DNA of 64,000 nucleotides from Octopus bimaculoides (GCF_001194135.2 NC_068992.1:51956716-52020715), one strand, 5' to 3'; shown: positions 40,867 to 54,666, numbered from the stretch's first letter. Notes: generated from the letters alone by a model not told the origin. Program-made: numbers and translations.

Positions 40867-41564
40867 TACATATATATATACACACACATATGTATTTCTA
40901 CATATAGATATTTCCATACATACACACACAAATTGTATGTATATACAATCAGAGATGATTAAATATAAACTGCTTCCCCATATTGTATATTAAATAGAAT
41001 TGTGATAGAATACAAGAATGGTCACATGTTCTTGAAGTTTTGAGAGTAATATGAAAACAGATTTTATATATTCGCAACAAAATGAAAATGTATTGATATA
41101 AGTAAATTTGTACAAAACATCTCAATTCTGAAGTGATAATTTGAAAAGAGACTTCTCAGTGGTTGATGAAAATTACAATTCTCTCTCTCTTTACATTGGC
41201 ACAAAAGATGATGATGGCTTCATTGAACTAATTCCAGTTATTTCTATAGACATTCAGACGAATATCTGAATAAGGTATTTTTTAAATGCCAATGTTTATA
41301 ATTATCCAATACAATCTGGTGGGAAAATTTTAAGCACAGAATAAGTAAAAGAATGTGTTTTATTTTCGGACACTAAAAACTCTGATATTAGATTAGGTGT
41401 GTAATTATATTTTTGACTTATGTTCAGAATTCCATATGAAGAACAATTATTCTGTAAAGTAATGAGTTATGCCCTGGTTAGTAGATTGTGTTAGGGAATG
41501 CTAGTATGAATGTTAAATAGATTTAAGGGAAGTTTCAACCAATAGTATTACATTTCATTAATTC

Positions 41565-41642
41565 CAAATATTACATGCAATGGTTTTATTTATTCAATGG
41601 TTTCGCATCAGTAATAACAAAAAATCAGCTTTCAATTGCATA
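41565..41642 (-). other. Candidate short terminal exon of a minus-strand transcript
   Basis: Acceptor tactaatgatttctctttcag (branch-like TACTAAT), then overlapping AATAAA signals (plus-strand tttatt at 41585-41594); 3' end approximate. Confidence 0.35.
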
Positions 41643-42125
41643 CTGAAAGAGAAATCATTAGTAATTTCTGATATAATATACTTGCTTCCAGAATGATTGC
41701 ACATGTTGAAACATATAATGTTTGTTAACACACTAACATTGGTGCTTTCCATTATTGACAATCATTTTATTATTGATGCTTTTGATTTATAAAAATAGAA
41801 AGATGAAGTGGCATAAAATCAGTATTTACTCAGATATTCTGCTCTTTGTGTTCAAATCCTGCTGAGGTAAAATTTTATTTTTCTTTTGTTTTAGGTTATA
41901 AAAAAAAATTAACCAAACAATAGTTGTGGATTAGTGGAACTGTAGGACTAACAGACTGGATGCTTTACCTTTATCTTTTGTACCACTTTGTGTCCTCAGT
42001 TCTAATCCAAACAGGACATGCTTAGGTGCTAGACTTAATCTTGCACTCAATAAAGTATCATCACCTGACATCTAGGTTACTCTCACCAAAGTGCACACCG
42101 TTGCAAGTATTTGCACCAAACATCT

Positions 42126-42150
42126 GGATTGAGGATACCTTCCTCAATCC
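42126..42150. repeat. 10-bp perfect hairpin ggattgagga-tacct-tcctcaatcc
   Basis: Directly visible, inside a SINE-like segment. Confidence 0.8.
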
Positions 42151-42178
42151 CAACAGTGTTACAGCCCCAGTAAAATGA

Positions 42179-42211
<33 letters not shown>

Positions 42212-43237
42212 AGACTGGAGATTAAGAAAAAAGGTTGGTCATTCTTCTAAAATCCTTATAAAGAATTATGATTTATGATGAACTTATTTTACTGTCTATT
42301 TTGAACTCTTTTACATAAACTGTTTAGACACAAAGCCTCTCTTAACAGTTTCTTATCATTCCCAAAAACTCTAACACTGTATTTTAATACATCTATGTTC
42401 TTTTCTACTCTAGGCACAAGGCCCGAAATTTTGGGGGAGGGGCCAGTCGATTATATCGAATATAATGATAAGGGTTGAGGTGAAGATAATAATAATAAGA
42501 GTAAAAATAAGAATCGTACTTGACAACGGTATTCTAAAACTCAGTTACGTAATAATGGAGCATTATGTTGAAACCCTTCTGGTGCAATAAATATAATTAT
42601 GCAAATGGCAAAACAAATTTTTTTTGTGCAATAGAAAGCAATTTTCCTCTTTCAAGTAATTATTGAAAAATATTTAATAAGCATGTTGTTACACTCTCTT
42701 TTTCAAACAAACCTAATTTAGCAGATTATATCTCTTCTATTAATCACAATAAGATTAAGAAACATTTGATTAGTAAAAAGAGCATGGGTTCAAGTGTACG
42801 TATATAAGCCAAACCTACTTTATTAGGCCATATTCTAAGGTCATGCCCATAATGGTTCATGTGAAACTGTTATTTCCAAGGCTGATTTCCGCAGCACTTC
42901 CAATATAAGGAGCTTTAACAAAAGTGGTTGTAACAATAATATCAATGACATCAATGATGATGATGCTACTAATAATAATAGCAATAGGTACAGAAATGAT
43001 GATAATGACAACATTTATAATAAATGCAGTAATTATCGTGGCAGTATTAATTCGAATAATATTAATGATAACAACAATAATAATGACAATTCTAATCTCC
43101 CTGACACTGATGAATATCTAATTGACGTCTGTAATCATAATAATAGTATATGGAATGAGGATGGAAGTACGAGTGCAGAGAATAACTCTGCTGATAATTA
43201 ATGTGAATGTGCTAATCCAATTGACTCTGTACCTTAC

Positions 43238-43272
43238 CTGATTCACCTTCCCAGTTTAACTAATATATGCTA
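43238..43272 (-). other. Candidate 35-nt non-coding exon
   Basis: Acceptor ctaacaatatttttcttacag (CTAAC branch) and donor CAG|gtaagg; stops in all three frames. Confidence 0.55.
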
Positions 43273-43376
43273 CTGTAAGAAAAATATTGTTAGCCCACTT
43301 GATAATAAATGTTTAACCTAGTATATTGTAAGTAAGTAGAACATGGGAAAGAAAAAATCAATGAACTCTCACTTAC

Positions 43377-43466
43377 GTGACTTGCTGTCTTAAATCAAGA
43401 TACATAGCGGCTCCACACACTTCGAAGGATAGATAAGGGGAGATGAACATCTCTCATCACAAAGAT
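43377..43466 (-). other. Candidate 90-nt exon (non-coding, or containing a stop codon)
   Basis: Acceptor tttttttttttaattaccag and donor CAC|gtaagt, separated from the 35-nt exon by a canonical 104-nt GT-AG intron (43273-43376); all frames hit a stop. Confidence 0.55.
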
Positions 43467-43499
43467 CTGGTAATTAAAAAAAAAAATGATATTGGAAAT

Positions 43500-45060
43500 T
43501 GTTTAACAGGGAATATTGTTAAATATGCTAAGACATGTTTTACTGATCATTATGGTTGCCATATCTCTTGTACTGAACTATAAGAAATCTCAAAATGCTT
43601 GAATAACATTATTAATAAATTTGATGTATTGAGAATTGAATATTCCCCTTCTATCCATACAACTTTCTTATAGTTTAAGCATTTACTCTGGTGTGTTATA
43701 ATATGACTCTCTTAATTATACATTTATGCCAAAAACCTTACAGATAGTTTATTTAATTTGAATTTAAACAAATTTATTGCAATAGCATTTGAACCATATA
43801 AAACTGGTTGGTGTAACTCAATAAGTTCATAATGTAGTGATTCTAGAAAACTAATTGAATTAATAGAATTTGTCCGAAACTTCAAATTAAGCACTTTACC
43901 TGGTTAAAACCTATGAAGTATTTTCACTCTATTTTTGCTACTCTTCATATTTTGATGTCTTTTACTAGTGAGATGATTTGTTTATGCATTTGTTTATTAT
44001 ATTTAATTAAATTTTAATCTTGGCTTTTGTGCTTATATAATACTTTATATTTGTTATGATTTAAATGATCTTAATTGACTCATTTCAGATGTTATACTAA
44101 ATTATTATCTTTGCTAAGTGGAGCAGTATTGTTATAGTCTGGTGTACTTAAATTATAGCTAATCTAGTTTTTCCTTAGTACGATTATTGGTTTTGCTTCC
44201 CTTTTCTATTAATTTCTGACATTAAACCTAATGTAGATTTACATATATTTATGAATTTGTTACTAATTTTTAAACTTATAACCATCTATACAGGCTTAGT
44301 TTACACTTATGATTAATTATGTCTGTTTGAGCCACATGGTGCCAAGCATATCTTCTCCTTTCCTCTATTAATTGATCATATTCTGTTTTTCTTTAACCAT
44401 TTAGTATTATTGCCATGTAATTATAGCTTCTCACTGATTGAGTCATTCTTGCTTTTTTTTATTCTTCTCAATCTCATATTTTCACAAAATATTTTTTGGA
44501 GAATCTCTTACATTTCTATACATTAATCTTCTATGTAATTTATCTCTGTACTAATTAGCTCTTTTTCTCTTAACTTACTCTAGAGTATTCATTCTAATTA
44601 TTCTACAGTAATTAAACTATAAACATTCGTTCACATTAAATTTACCTAAATAAGTAAACAACACCAATCTTATCTACCCATACATCTGCCTACCACAACA
44701 ATGTTATATAACGAAAGAAATATAATTTATTACATCTCTTTACAACCGTGTCTGTCAATTACTTCAAAGGACTGACGGGGTCAGTTTTGAATTTGATGCT
44801 GGTTTCTGTTATAAGGAATTCATGCTTCTAGTCTGTGATTCTGGACAGAATCGGTAGATTTGAAGGTAGTTGAAGATAAAATATGCCTTTCAACTTTTCT
44901 TCTATTAAAATTTTATCTCCCACCAATCTTCTCACTTGAGGAGTCTACCTTGGGCATGTATCTTTCTCTGACAGCCTAGTTTAGCTGATTATTATCCTGC
45001 CAACGTCCGTATTGAACTGTTGGTATTCTTGCTTTGGGTATTCGTATGCTGCTGAGATTG
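43500..45060 (-). mobile_element. Highly decayed L1/Tx1-like LINE relic
   Basis: A-rich minus strand with AIILNG (44396-44413), KLSLY (44288-44302) and GLMSEINRK in the order of L1 ANIILNG...KLSLFADD...SG.KIN; boundaries uncertain. Confidence 0.4.
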
Positions 45061-45069
45061 CTGGTCTAG

Positions 45070-45442
45070 CGAAAAGCTTAGCAGAATTTCGGCCATCTTT
45101 ATGTTCTGAGTTCAAATTTCATTGAGGTTGACTTCACCTTTCATCCTTTCAGGGTCAATAAAATAAGTACCAGTCAAGTACTGTGGTCAATGCAATCAGC
45201 TAATCCCCTCCACTCAAATTTCAGGCCTTGTGCATATAGTTTAAAGGATATATATGCCTGTAAGGCAGTGAGCTGTCACAACCATTAGAATGTCAGGGAA
45301 AAATGCTTCACTGCATTTTTCCTGTCTTTATGTTCTGAGTTCAAATCCTGTCGGGGTTGACTTTATTTTTCATCCTTTCAGGGTTGAGCACTGAGGTTAA
45401 TGTGCTTACTCCAAAACTGCTGACCTTGAGCCAAAATCTGAT
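45070..45442 (+). mobile_element. Two tandem SINE family C copies (about 45070-45248 and 45261-45442)
   Basis: Both contain ctttatgttctgagttcaaat...gttgactt...tttcatcctttcagggt. Confidence 0.85.
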
Positions 45443-45664
45443 ACCTGTGTGTGTGTGTGTGTGTGTAGGTGTAACTTTTGCTAATGTATATTGGTAAAGG
45501 TATGAAATCAGTAACAAAACCAATAGTCCCTGAAGTTTTCAACTACATACATACTACGCATGGTATTTGTTTTGACCACGTTGCACAGATTTTTCCTTTC
45601 TCAGATTTATCATCAGAACTGCAGTGAACCAGTGATTGGTCTGTTGGCAAGCTGTAACCAATAT

Positions 45665-45722
<58 letters not shown>

Positions 45723-45734
45723 CTNNNNNNNNNN

Positions 45735-45950
45735 CTGTTTCTCCACCACTGCTTGACAACTGGTGTTGGTGTGTTTGCATCTCCATGACTTAATGGTTCA
45801 GCAAAATAATTCAATAGAATAAATACTTGGCTTAAAAAGAAGTACTGGGGTTGATTCCTTCAACTAAAATTCTTCGAGGCGGTGCCCCAACATGACTACT
45901 GTCTAATGACTGACACAAGTAAAAGAATAAGAGAATAAAAGAATAAAATC
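45735..45950 (+). mobile_element. SINE family A 3' half
   Basis: gcttgacaactggtgttggtgtgttt...aagtactggggttgatt...gactgacacaagtaaaagaataagagaat. Confidence 0.8.
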
Positions 45951-46539
45951 AAGTATTATACAATAACTAAATGCATGTATATAATTTTGTGTGGCACTTC
46001 TTTATTCTAGTTTTCATAAGTTGGATATATGTTGAGGTACCTCTTCAAGGTGGACATAACTTTCATTGACTGCTTCAGCAGTTGTGTGTGTAATGGAAGA
46101 ACAGAGTAATATCTAGAAAAATTAAGGGTAGCTATTTGTGAGAGACCAGTGATATTTTGGTATGACTTGTATTGCAGAAGGGCAGTTCAAGTGAGATTTA
46201 ACATGCTTGCCACTAACAAAAACGAGCAGGAATCATAGCACGTGAAGGAATATTTGAAAATCATTCAAGAAAACGAATCAATATTGAAGTTCAAAAGCTA
46301 GTGATTGTCCACTCTAAAATCACAACTCACACATGGTATGACAATATCCAGTGAAGCATAGCTCAATAACAGTTACCATTTAAGGGAATCTAATTTCAGA
46401 GTGTAAACAGACAGATAGAAGCCAAGCCAGGTTTTTCATGCACAGATAGCTAGCTTGTTCCAAGATATAAATTTTTTTTTTCAATGATTTGATTTTGAAG
46501 AAGGGACCATGCGTATGGCCCCTGAAACTCTTTTGAGAG

Positions 46540-47320
46540 TGGTGAGACTGAAGTAATTGATGTTCCTTTTAAACAGCTGCAAGTTGACAGCTATCAGAAA
46601 AAGATGGGCATTGAGGAAATTCCAGAAGAAGGATCAAGCATAATAGTTACTGCAATGCTTGGGGAGATACATGCAATTTGAGTGTTGAGAGAAGAAAGAA
46701 ACATGTGAGTTAAGAGTGCCAAACTGAGGATGGTATGGGGTGAGCTACCTCAGAGGAAAAGAAGCTATTGTAATAACAGTGGAAAAGAAGCATATCTGAG
46801 AGCCACAGCATACGTATGGGTTAAAGGTATTTATAAGCAATTTCATACAAGGGTGGTCTTTTTTGTTTTAGACGCATTCTAGAATGTCTGTGAGTGTAAT
46901 TTCAGCAATATCCCAGATACTGAGGCAGTGTTTCATTTTGAGTCTCATTCAATGGAAGCTAAAGGGATGCACAGCCCTGAAGCGGAAGGTTAATCTTTAT
47001 GGTTCTCTCATTGCTATGATGACAAAAGGAATCTCTAATTCTACCCATGTAACTTCATGTTTTTGTTAATGTGTTTATGCTGGAATAGTCAGTAAATTAC
47101 AATGACACCTGCTTCAACCTTCTTTTCTTCTGCAGATGTGATGAAAGATGATTTCTGTCTCAGCTTTCTAAGTTTTCCCTTTTCTCTGAAGTCATCGTCC
47201 TTGAGAACATCAGTCCCAACCATCCCACCTCTTAGGCTGTACACTTCTTCTTTCTTCAACACTGGCAGTGCTGGTGCAGAAGCAAAATCTTTTACAATTC
47301 TCTACAAATCCTAACAGAAT
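46540..47320 (-). mobile_element. Decayed CR1/L2-like LINE 3' region
   Basis: Minus strand YYNSFFSSEVA (46743-46775) and NLQLFKRNIN (46556-46585) resemble YY.G.CSSEL and NL..FK..IN at the end of CR1-clade ORF2. Confidence 0.55.
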
Positions 47321-47783
47321 CCCTTACATACATTCTTCACTGATAAATGGACATTCCAAATAGCATTTATATCTATTTCTCAGTTCCAAACCCAGCCTCT
47401 CCTAAAATATCTCCATTTATGCATCTATCAGTTCATCCAGCCACTGCTTAATCAGATACACTGGCCACACATCCAAATGTTATGCAACACCTGCACTCCA
47501 TCATTTTGTACTTCAAGTCAGCTGATTCATTGCAGATCCACTAGTTTCATGCCAGCTATCCCTATTAACACATCTACTTCCCTTCTGATCCATCAGGGTA
47601 GGTGACAGATAGCCTCATCTTAAGTATTTTTCACATCATTCTCACAAGTAAAACACATTATAAACACAAATAACCAGAAAGATTTATATGTAACTGTACT
47701 CCAGTACTACAGGCAATGCAAAAGAACTACAGCATATGGGGAAAAAGAATCACCCACCTCAACATACTGGACAGCTTTTACCA

Positions 47784-47890
47784 ACTACTATCCAAAATAC
47801 TATTAGACTACTATCCAAAATACTTTTAGACTACTATCCAAAATACTATTAGACTACTATCCAAAATACTATTAGACTACTATCCAAAAT
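47784..47890. repeat. 23-bp minisatellite (actactatccaaaatactattag) x4.6
   Basis: Units at 47784, 47807, 47830, 47853 and a partial at 47876; one substitution. Confidence 0.97.
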
Positions 47891-48951
47891 TCCACACAAC
47901 ATTAATAATAAAATCACAAAAGATTTATTCATATACTGCTCAGTTCACAAACTCTGTCACTTCCCAAATTGTAGTTAATCCTTCTGGTCCCTTGCCAAAA
48001 AGAAATTTAATAATACTCTCATTTCCAATCCCCAAACCATAATTCTTCATCAAGCAGTAATCTCATGAAAAAAAAACAAAAGAAAACTTCCCAGTTTCTG
48101 CCAGCGTTGCATCCAAATGAACACTGCACATAACAAAATAACTCCCAAATTTCACTTCACCAATCCGTCACTTGTCTAATTATATCACCTTAAATGCAAG
48201 TCAAGCGCAAAAGCATCTCTAGTAATTTTAAACCAAGAATACTACCAGACATGATGGTGTCGTTTATTTTATCTTTAAATAATGTTGTTCAGAAATAAAC
48301 TGAGCAAACATTTTGATGTCTCTTTCTCTTTTCTGGAATCTGTCCTGATTTTGCAAAATCCATGCAGTGAAAAATATCGTCTTATTGAGTAAAGTTTTAT
48401 TTACTGAAGCAACAGACTACAGCTCACACAGTAAAATGTAAATGCAGCTAAGTTGAACATAAGCAAAGGTGTCATGAAGGCTCGCATCCTGTTGCCAGAC
48501 TGGTACATCATAAACTGAGAAATAGTAAAGAGAATGACTCTGAGAGGGTATGTTAGCTGCTTTTTCTCTTTTATCATGACAGTGGTGAGTGGGTCAGTAG
48601 ACTAAGAAATACCAGTGATATCACCTTGCTTACAATCAACCACAAGTAATACAAGGACTGTTTCTCTATGCAAAATGTAGCTGTGAAATTGTTCTTCTAT
48701 AACAAGCCATTTTACTGTTGAAAGGATTCAGAGCAATATAATTCATGAGGCATGGTATTGTTTTCCATTTCCTGCTACCAATCTCAGAGATACTTTGTTC
48801 TTCCTCCTCTCACAAAGCAATAAAAACTGTATCTTTTAAACTTCTGGAGTTAATAAAAATCATTCACAAGCTATTAACTATAACCTCCACTAAACATATT
48901 TATTTTTGAATACCAAAATAAAATATTATTGTTGCTGTCAATAATATTACT

Positions 48952-49160
48952 ATTATTACCGCTGCCTTAGCGAAGGTGGAGGTATTGTTTTCAGTTGTTT
49001 GTTTGTTTGTTTGTTAGACCATGGACAAGATATCTCACGAACTGCTGGATGGATTCAGATGAAACTTTCAGAGATGTTTGGCCCCATGACTGGCACAAAC
49101 TGATTAGATTTGGGGATTGATTTGGTACCGGGCAAAGATTCTGGATTATTTCTTACATTT
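48952..49160 (+). mobile_element. Partial copy of a Helentron-associated (HINE/DINE-like) repeat
   Basis: Aligns to 55231-55400 (ccttagcgaagg...ggtattgtt...ggacaagat.tctca...ggatggatt..gatgaaactttcagagatg). Confidence 0.55.
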
Positions 49161-49542
49161 ACTTTTCTTTACATGAAGATTACGATCTTACGTTGACGTT
49201 CAAGTCTTTCTCTGATTATCTCCCTAGAAAGCATGCTCATGGTTTCCATGTCAGTTATGGTGGCATTGCTGTCTCCAAAGTTTTATTTTCATTTCTCTAT
49301 TATTAATTTTACTCACATCTCTATTTTAGTAGAAACTAATGGATAAAGAAATAAAACTACTTAAACAATTGGCAGCAAAACCATTGGCACTAACATATTC
49401 AGTAACAATAATAGATTTAATTTATCCTTGACAGTTTTTAGCTTTACCAATTTCGAATATTTCACTCCTGTTTCAAACCTCTTACCTACTTCACATTACA
49501 ATGAAGTAATGTGAAGTAATGTGCTAAAATTCAAAACCCATT

Positions 49543-49575
<33 letters not shown>

Positions 49576-49617
49576 GTCGTCGTCATCATCATCTTCATTG
49601 TTATTGATAAAATCACA

Positions 49618-49820
49618 ATGGTAAACTGGCAGAATTGCTTGAATGTCAAGAAAAATGTTTTGCGGTATTTGTTCTGGATCTTTATCATCTGATTTCAAAT
49701 CCCTTTGTATCCTTCGGGGCGGGGAGTCAATAAAATAAAGTGCTGGCCAAGAACAAGGGATGGTTGTATCGACTAATCTACACCCGCACAAAATTGCTGG
49801 CATTGTGTCTAAATTAGAAA
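49618..49820 (+). mobile_element. Diverged SINE family C copy
   Basis: aactggcagaattgc...aaatgttttgcggtattt...gagtcaataaaataaag...aaaattgctggcattgtgtctaaattagaaatc. Confidence 0.65.
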
Positions 49821-51505
49821 TCATTATTTATTGAGCAAATTTTTGTTTAGATTTGTCAAAAATTTTATTAATAAATTTTGTCCTGAAAGTACCATATTAT
49901 AAAAGAAACCAAAAAAAAAATAATCAACCATGAAATCTTCAGAATTTTAGCAGAATATTTCTTTTAATTAAATGAAACTTGTTAACGATGCAAATCCTTC
50001 TGAAGAGAGCCATTTCTAGTGCTAATTAATGATAGAAAGTAACAAGAATATGCCAGCATGGTCTATAAGTGTAAATGACTAGGTAATGTATATTAAAAAT
50101 CTGATAATGAAAAACTGTACGTGGGTATGTGGTATTAAGTGAATCTCCTTTGTCACATTTTGCATTGCTGTATGAAAATATGGAAAAGAAATTAATGATG
50201 TGGATGATGATGCATACAATGATTATGTTGGAAATACGGAGACAATGGTGATGTTGACAATGAAGGCAATGAAATAACTTGGAAATAACAATGATGATAA
50301 AACAGTCAAAATAAAATCAAATGGTTTAAGGAAGCCACCCACTCGTAATGTTTGAATTTCATGTCAGGTGTTCTTTTTCCTTTCATATATTAAGATTTTA
50401 AACAAGAGAATAATCACAATGCTGATATTTTATTTTAGAAAATGCAGTAATTCTAAGATAATTTGCTTTGTGTTAATCAAGCTGCAATAAGTTGCTCAAA
50501 TAATGCATACTACTTCCATGTTCAAGGAAGTTTCAAGCCTTCCCACCGATTGTTCACAATAGATATTCAACAATAAACACTTCATTGTCATTGTTGTCAT
50601 CATCGTTGTCATCATCATTTGATATCTTATTTTCCATATTGGGGTGTGTTGGACATATATGTGTGTGGGGGTGGGGGTGGTGGTGAGCATAAGTGTGCAT
50701 GTATGTATGTGTGCATGTGTGTGTGAGTGTGTGAATGTGTATATGTATGTATATGTGTGCGTATGTGTATGTGAGTGTATGTGTGTGTGTGAGTGTCAGT
50801 GAGTGTACAAGTGTGCATGTGTGTGTGGTATATGTGCATATATATATATGTGTGTGTGTGTGTGTACGTATGTGTATATATATNNNNNNNNNNNNNNNNN
50901 NNNNNNNNNNNNNNNNNNNNNNNNNNNNNNNNNNNNNNNNNNNNNNNNNNNNNNNNNNNNNNNNNNNNNNNNNNNNNNNNNNNNNNNNNNNNNNNNNNNN
51001 NNNNNNNNNNNNNNNNNNNNNNNNNNNNNNNNNNNNNNNNNNNNNNNNNNNNNNNNNNNNNNNNNNNNNNNNNNNNNNNNNNNNNNNNNNNNNNNNNNNN
51101 NNNNNNNNNNNNNNNNNNNNNNNNNNNNNNNNNNNNNNNNNNNNNNNNNNNNNNNNNNNNNNNNNNNNNNNNNNNNNNNNNNNNNNNNNNNNNNNNNNNN
51201 NNNNNNNNNNNNNNNNNNNNNNNNNNNNNNNNNNNNNNNNNNNNNNNNNNNNNNNNNNNNNNNNNNNNNNNNNNNNNNNNNNNNNNNNNNNNNNNNNNNN
51301 NNNNNNNNNNNNNNNNNNNNNNNNNNNNNNNNNNNNNNNNNNNNNNNNNNNNNNNNNNNNNNNNNNNNNNNNNNNNNNNNNNNNNNNNNNNNNNNNNNNN
51401 NNNNNNNNNNNNNNNNNNNNNNNNNNNNNNNNNNNNNNNNNNNNNNNNNNNNNNNNNNNNNNNNNNNNNNNNNNNNNNNNNNNNNNNNNNNNNNNNNNNN
51501 NNNNN

Positions 51506-51575
51506 GGCCAACCAAAGCCTTGTGAGTGGATTTGGTAGATGGAAACTGAAAGAAGCCCGTCGTATATATGTGTGA

Positions 51576-51607
<32 letters not shown>

Positions 51608-51794
51608 CTGTGTTTGTCCCCCAACATCGCTTGACAACCAATGCTGGTGTGTTTACATCCCTGTAACTTATCGGTTCGGCAAAAGAGTCCGATAGAATAA
51701 GTACTAGACTTACAAAGAATAAGTCCTGGGGTCGATTTTCTCAACTAAAGACGGTGCTCCAGCTTGGCCGCAGTCAAATGACTGAAACAAGTAA
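51506..51794 (+). mobile_element. SINE family A (head lost in gap)
   Basis: Reverse complement of 57235-57510 at high identity. Confidence 0.92.
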
Positions 51795-52538
51795 CATTGA
51801 CACATGTGTTACATGTAGCTTCTCCAAACTCAATTTGATGTAATTGTGAATAATTATCAAGCCATATACCTGCTCTTTGAAAACAATATATTGGGGTAAA
51901 ATTTGTATCCAAGAACATTAGTAATTAATGCAATTTACTCAGGAGGTGATACAGCACAAATCACAGAAGAATAAGTTCTAGTTGAAGAATTTGACTTTCT
52001 CAACTGAGATAGATATATTTTATTTAAAAGAACCAATAACATGGTAGGAAAATTTCCAGTCAAAATATTGAAAGTTTGGAAAATGGAGAATTGTGTTACA
52101 AATTCTTACAATTAGAAATATTTTTTAAGCATTCTGAACATATAGGTGATCCAATGGTCTTTGAGCAATAGATATCAATACAAATCTTTGCACATATCTA
52201 ATTAAGGTAATGAAGGCATGAAGAAAGATTTCACAAGGTAACAGAGAAGAGAATTATGAAATGCTTGTTATTTTCTGAAGAGACATGCAAAACAACTAAT
52301 TTTATTGATGTTGTGGTCATTGAAACTGGGTAAGCTGTGAAAATGGAAATGTGTGTGTGTCTGTGTGTATATGTGTGTGCATGTGTGTGTGTATTTGCAT
52401 GTGTGTACACATACGAAAATGGGATTGTTATCATGTTCACCATATAAAACAAAAGTCTGTCCACAGACTTTTAGTGCAAGGTGTATGAAGAAATTTTATG
52501 TTGTTCTTCCATAATACAAAAGAGTACACATATATACG

Positions 52539-52596
<58 letters not shown>

Positions 52597-53345
52597 AATA
52601 CAAAGTGTGTGAGAGAAAATTGAAGTAGAAAGTAGAATAAAGATATGGCTACAGATGCCCAGATTGCTATTGCATGATTAAGCAATGCTGATACCATATA
52701 GATAACATTCTTTTTTGTACATCCCATACTCAGTTATGTGCTTGCTATTCATCTCAATTTGTCAATGCTTCATGCTGTTCATATCACAATCAATAAACAA
52801 CACGGAAAAAAAACATTTAAAAAATGCTGTAATTATTTACTCCCATCTACATTTGTTCTTGTCTGCTATATATTATTTCTATTCTTTTTACTAAGAATTT
52901 ACATATATAAATAAACACGTGTTTCTATGTATATACACACACATTTATATATAAGTTTGTATACATATCATACAACTGGTTATATGACTTAAAATGTAAA
53001 AACAAGTTTCCTTAACTCCCAAGAACTTTGCAAATGGTTCTTGCATGTTAAATTACAGCTCTGCTAATATATATCTCTATAGCTTCAGTCCAGAAAGAAA
53101 AAACGAAAAAATTAACATTTATCATCTAGGTTCTCCATGTTCAAGTTATACACACACATATATATATATATATNNNNNNNNNNNNNNNNNNNNNNNNNNN
53201 NNNNNNNNNNNNNNNNNNNNNNNNNNNNNNNNNNNNNNNNNNNNNNNNNNNNNNNNNNNNNNNNNNNNNNNNNNNNNNNNNNNNNNNNNNNNNNNNNNNN
53301 NNNNNNNNNNNNNNNNNNNNNNNNNNNNNNNNNNNNNNNNNNNNN

Positions 53346-53401
<56 letters not shown>

Positions 53402-54450
53402 GTACATATATGTTTATATACCAAACATTAAAAAGAAGAATGGAGAATTATACATCCCCAAAAACTTGTTTATTACAGTATTATATAGGGTGTATTCACT
53501 TTAAATCTCAGTCCAACATGTGTTTCTAAAGTATAGATATCCTAAGACATGACATTTTATTGCACTTTGTTGGTTCAATCGCATTATAAATTCAGCCAGG
53601 GTATACATATCCCTGCAGCTGTATTCAAGTTGTTACCACAATGGGTTTTTGAAGTGAACTGAAGAGTTCAGTGCTTGATAGTCTTATTCTAAGTATAATA
53701 TTGGTGGCAAGTAGAGGTGCAATGGCCCAGTGGTTAGGGCAATCTCACATTTGCTCTGCCCCTAGTTATTACAAAGTTTAAAAATTTAGGAAAAAAGGTG
53801 TAAAAAATGCCAGGCTTAAAAAAAATGACCTGGGGTCTATTTGTTGTATCAAAATTCTTCAAGGTGATGCCCAAGCATGATTGCGGTCTGATCACTAAAA
53901 CAAGTCTGCTGAGTGTGTTTGTTCCTCCTTGCTTTCACATTATAAGATAGTTGTAAATGAGTGTCACCTTCATATAAGTGGTATCGTTCATTTCCAATCT
54001 GCAATGAAAACATGTCCAGCCATGGGAAAATTTTGCCTTGCTTGAAACAAGTGAGGTCTGGTGATAGAAAAGGCACCCAGCTGTAGAAAATCTGTGTGAA
54101 CACTTTCTCTCAAACCTATGATGGTGATGACTCCAATGTTCCTACCTTTTGTCTACAAACCAACTTCCTGATATAATTTCCTCTGATTTAGTTTGTTCCT
54201 GTAGAATGTTCTGTAGTTTGCTAAAATTTGATGCCTTCAGATTTGACAAAGTGCGAAATTAAATTTCATTCTATCTTCTTAGAGAAAAATCTGGATTTTA
54301 GTTATTTACTATTTACTGTTGTAATTGCCAATAAATGCTAATTGTTTTTTTAGAAAAAATTAAAATATAAATAATTAATTTGTTTCACTGCGTGTTAGTA
54401 ATCATAATCATTGCTTGTTTAAGAATGCTGTTTAATATTATCCTCCAAGC

Positions 54451-54666
54451 TTAAGATGGCAAGCTGTCAAAATTGTTAGCCTGCAGGGCAAAGTGCTTAG
54501 TGACATTTCATCTGTCTTTACATTCTGAGTTCAAATTCTGCCAGGGGCAACTTTGCCTTTCATCCTTTCACAGTCGATAAAATAAGTACCAGTTTAACTC
54601 TGGGGTCGATATAATTGACTTAGCTCCTTCGCTGAAATTGCAGACCTTGTGCCAAAATTTGAAGTC
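54451..54666 (+). mobile_element. SINE family C copy with perfect 17-bp target-site duplication
   Basis: aatattatcctccaagc at 54434-54450 and 54667-54683. Confidence 0.9.

Noticed and set aside
43500-44700. Mitochondrial insertion (NUMT)
   Set aside because: AT-rich, but no mitochondrial protein, rRNA or tRNA motif recognised; L1-like motifs fit better
45605-45670. Strong plus-strand acceptor followed by IYHQNCSEPVIGLLASC
   Set aside because: No credible donor before the (AT)n tract
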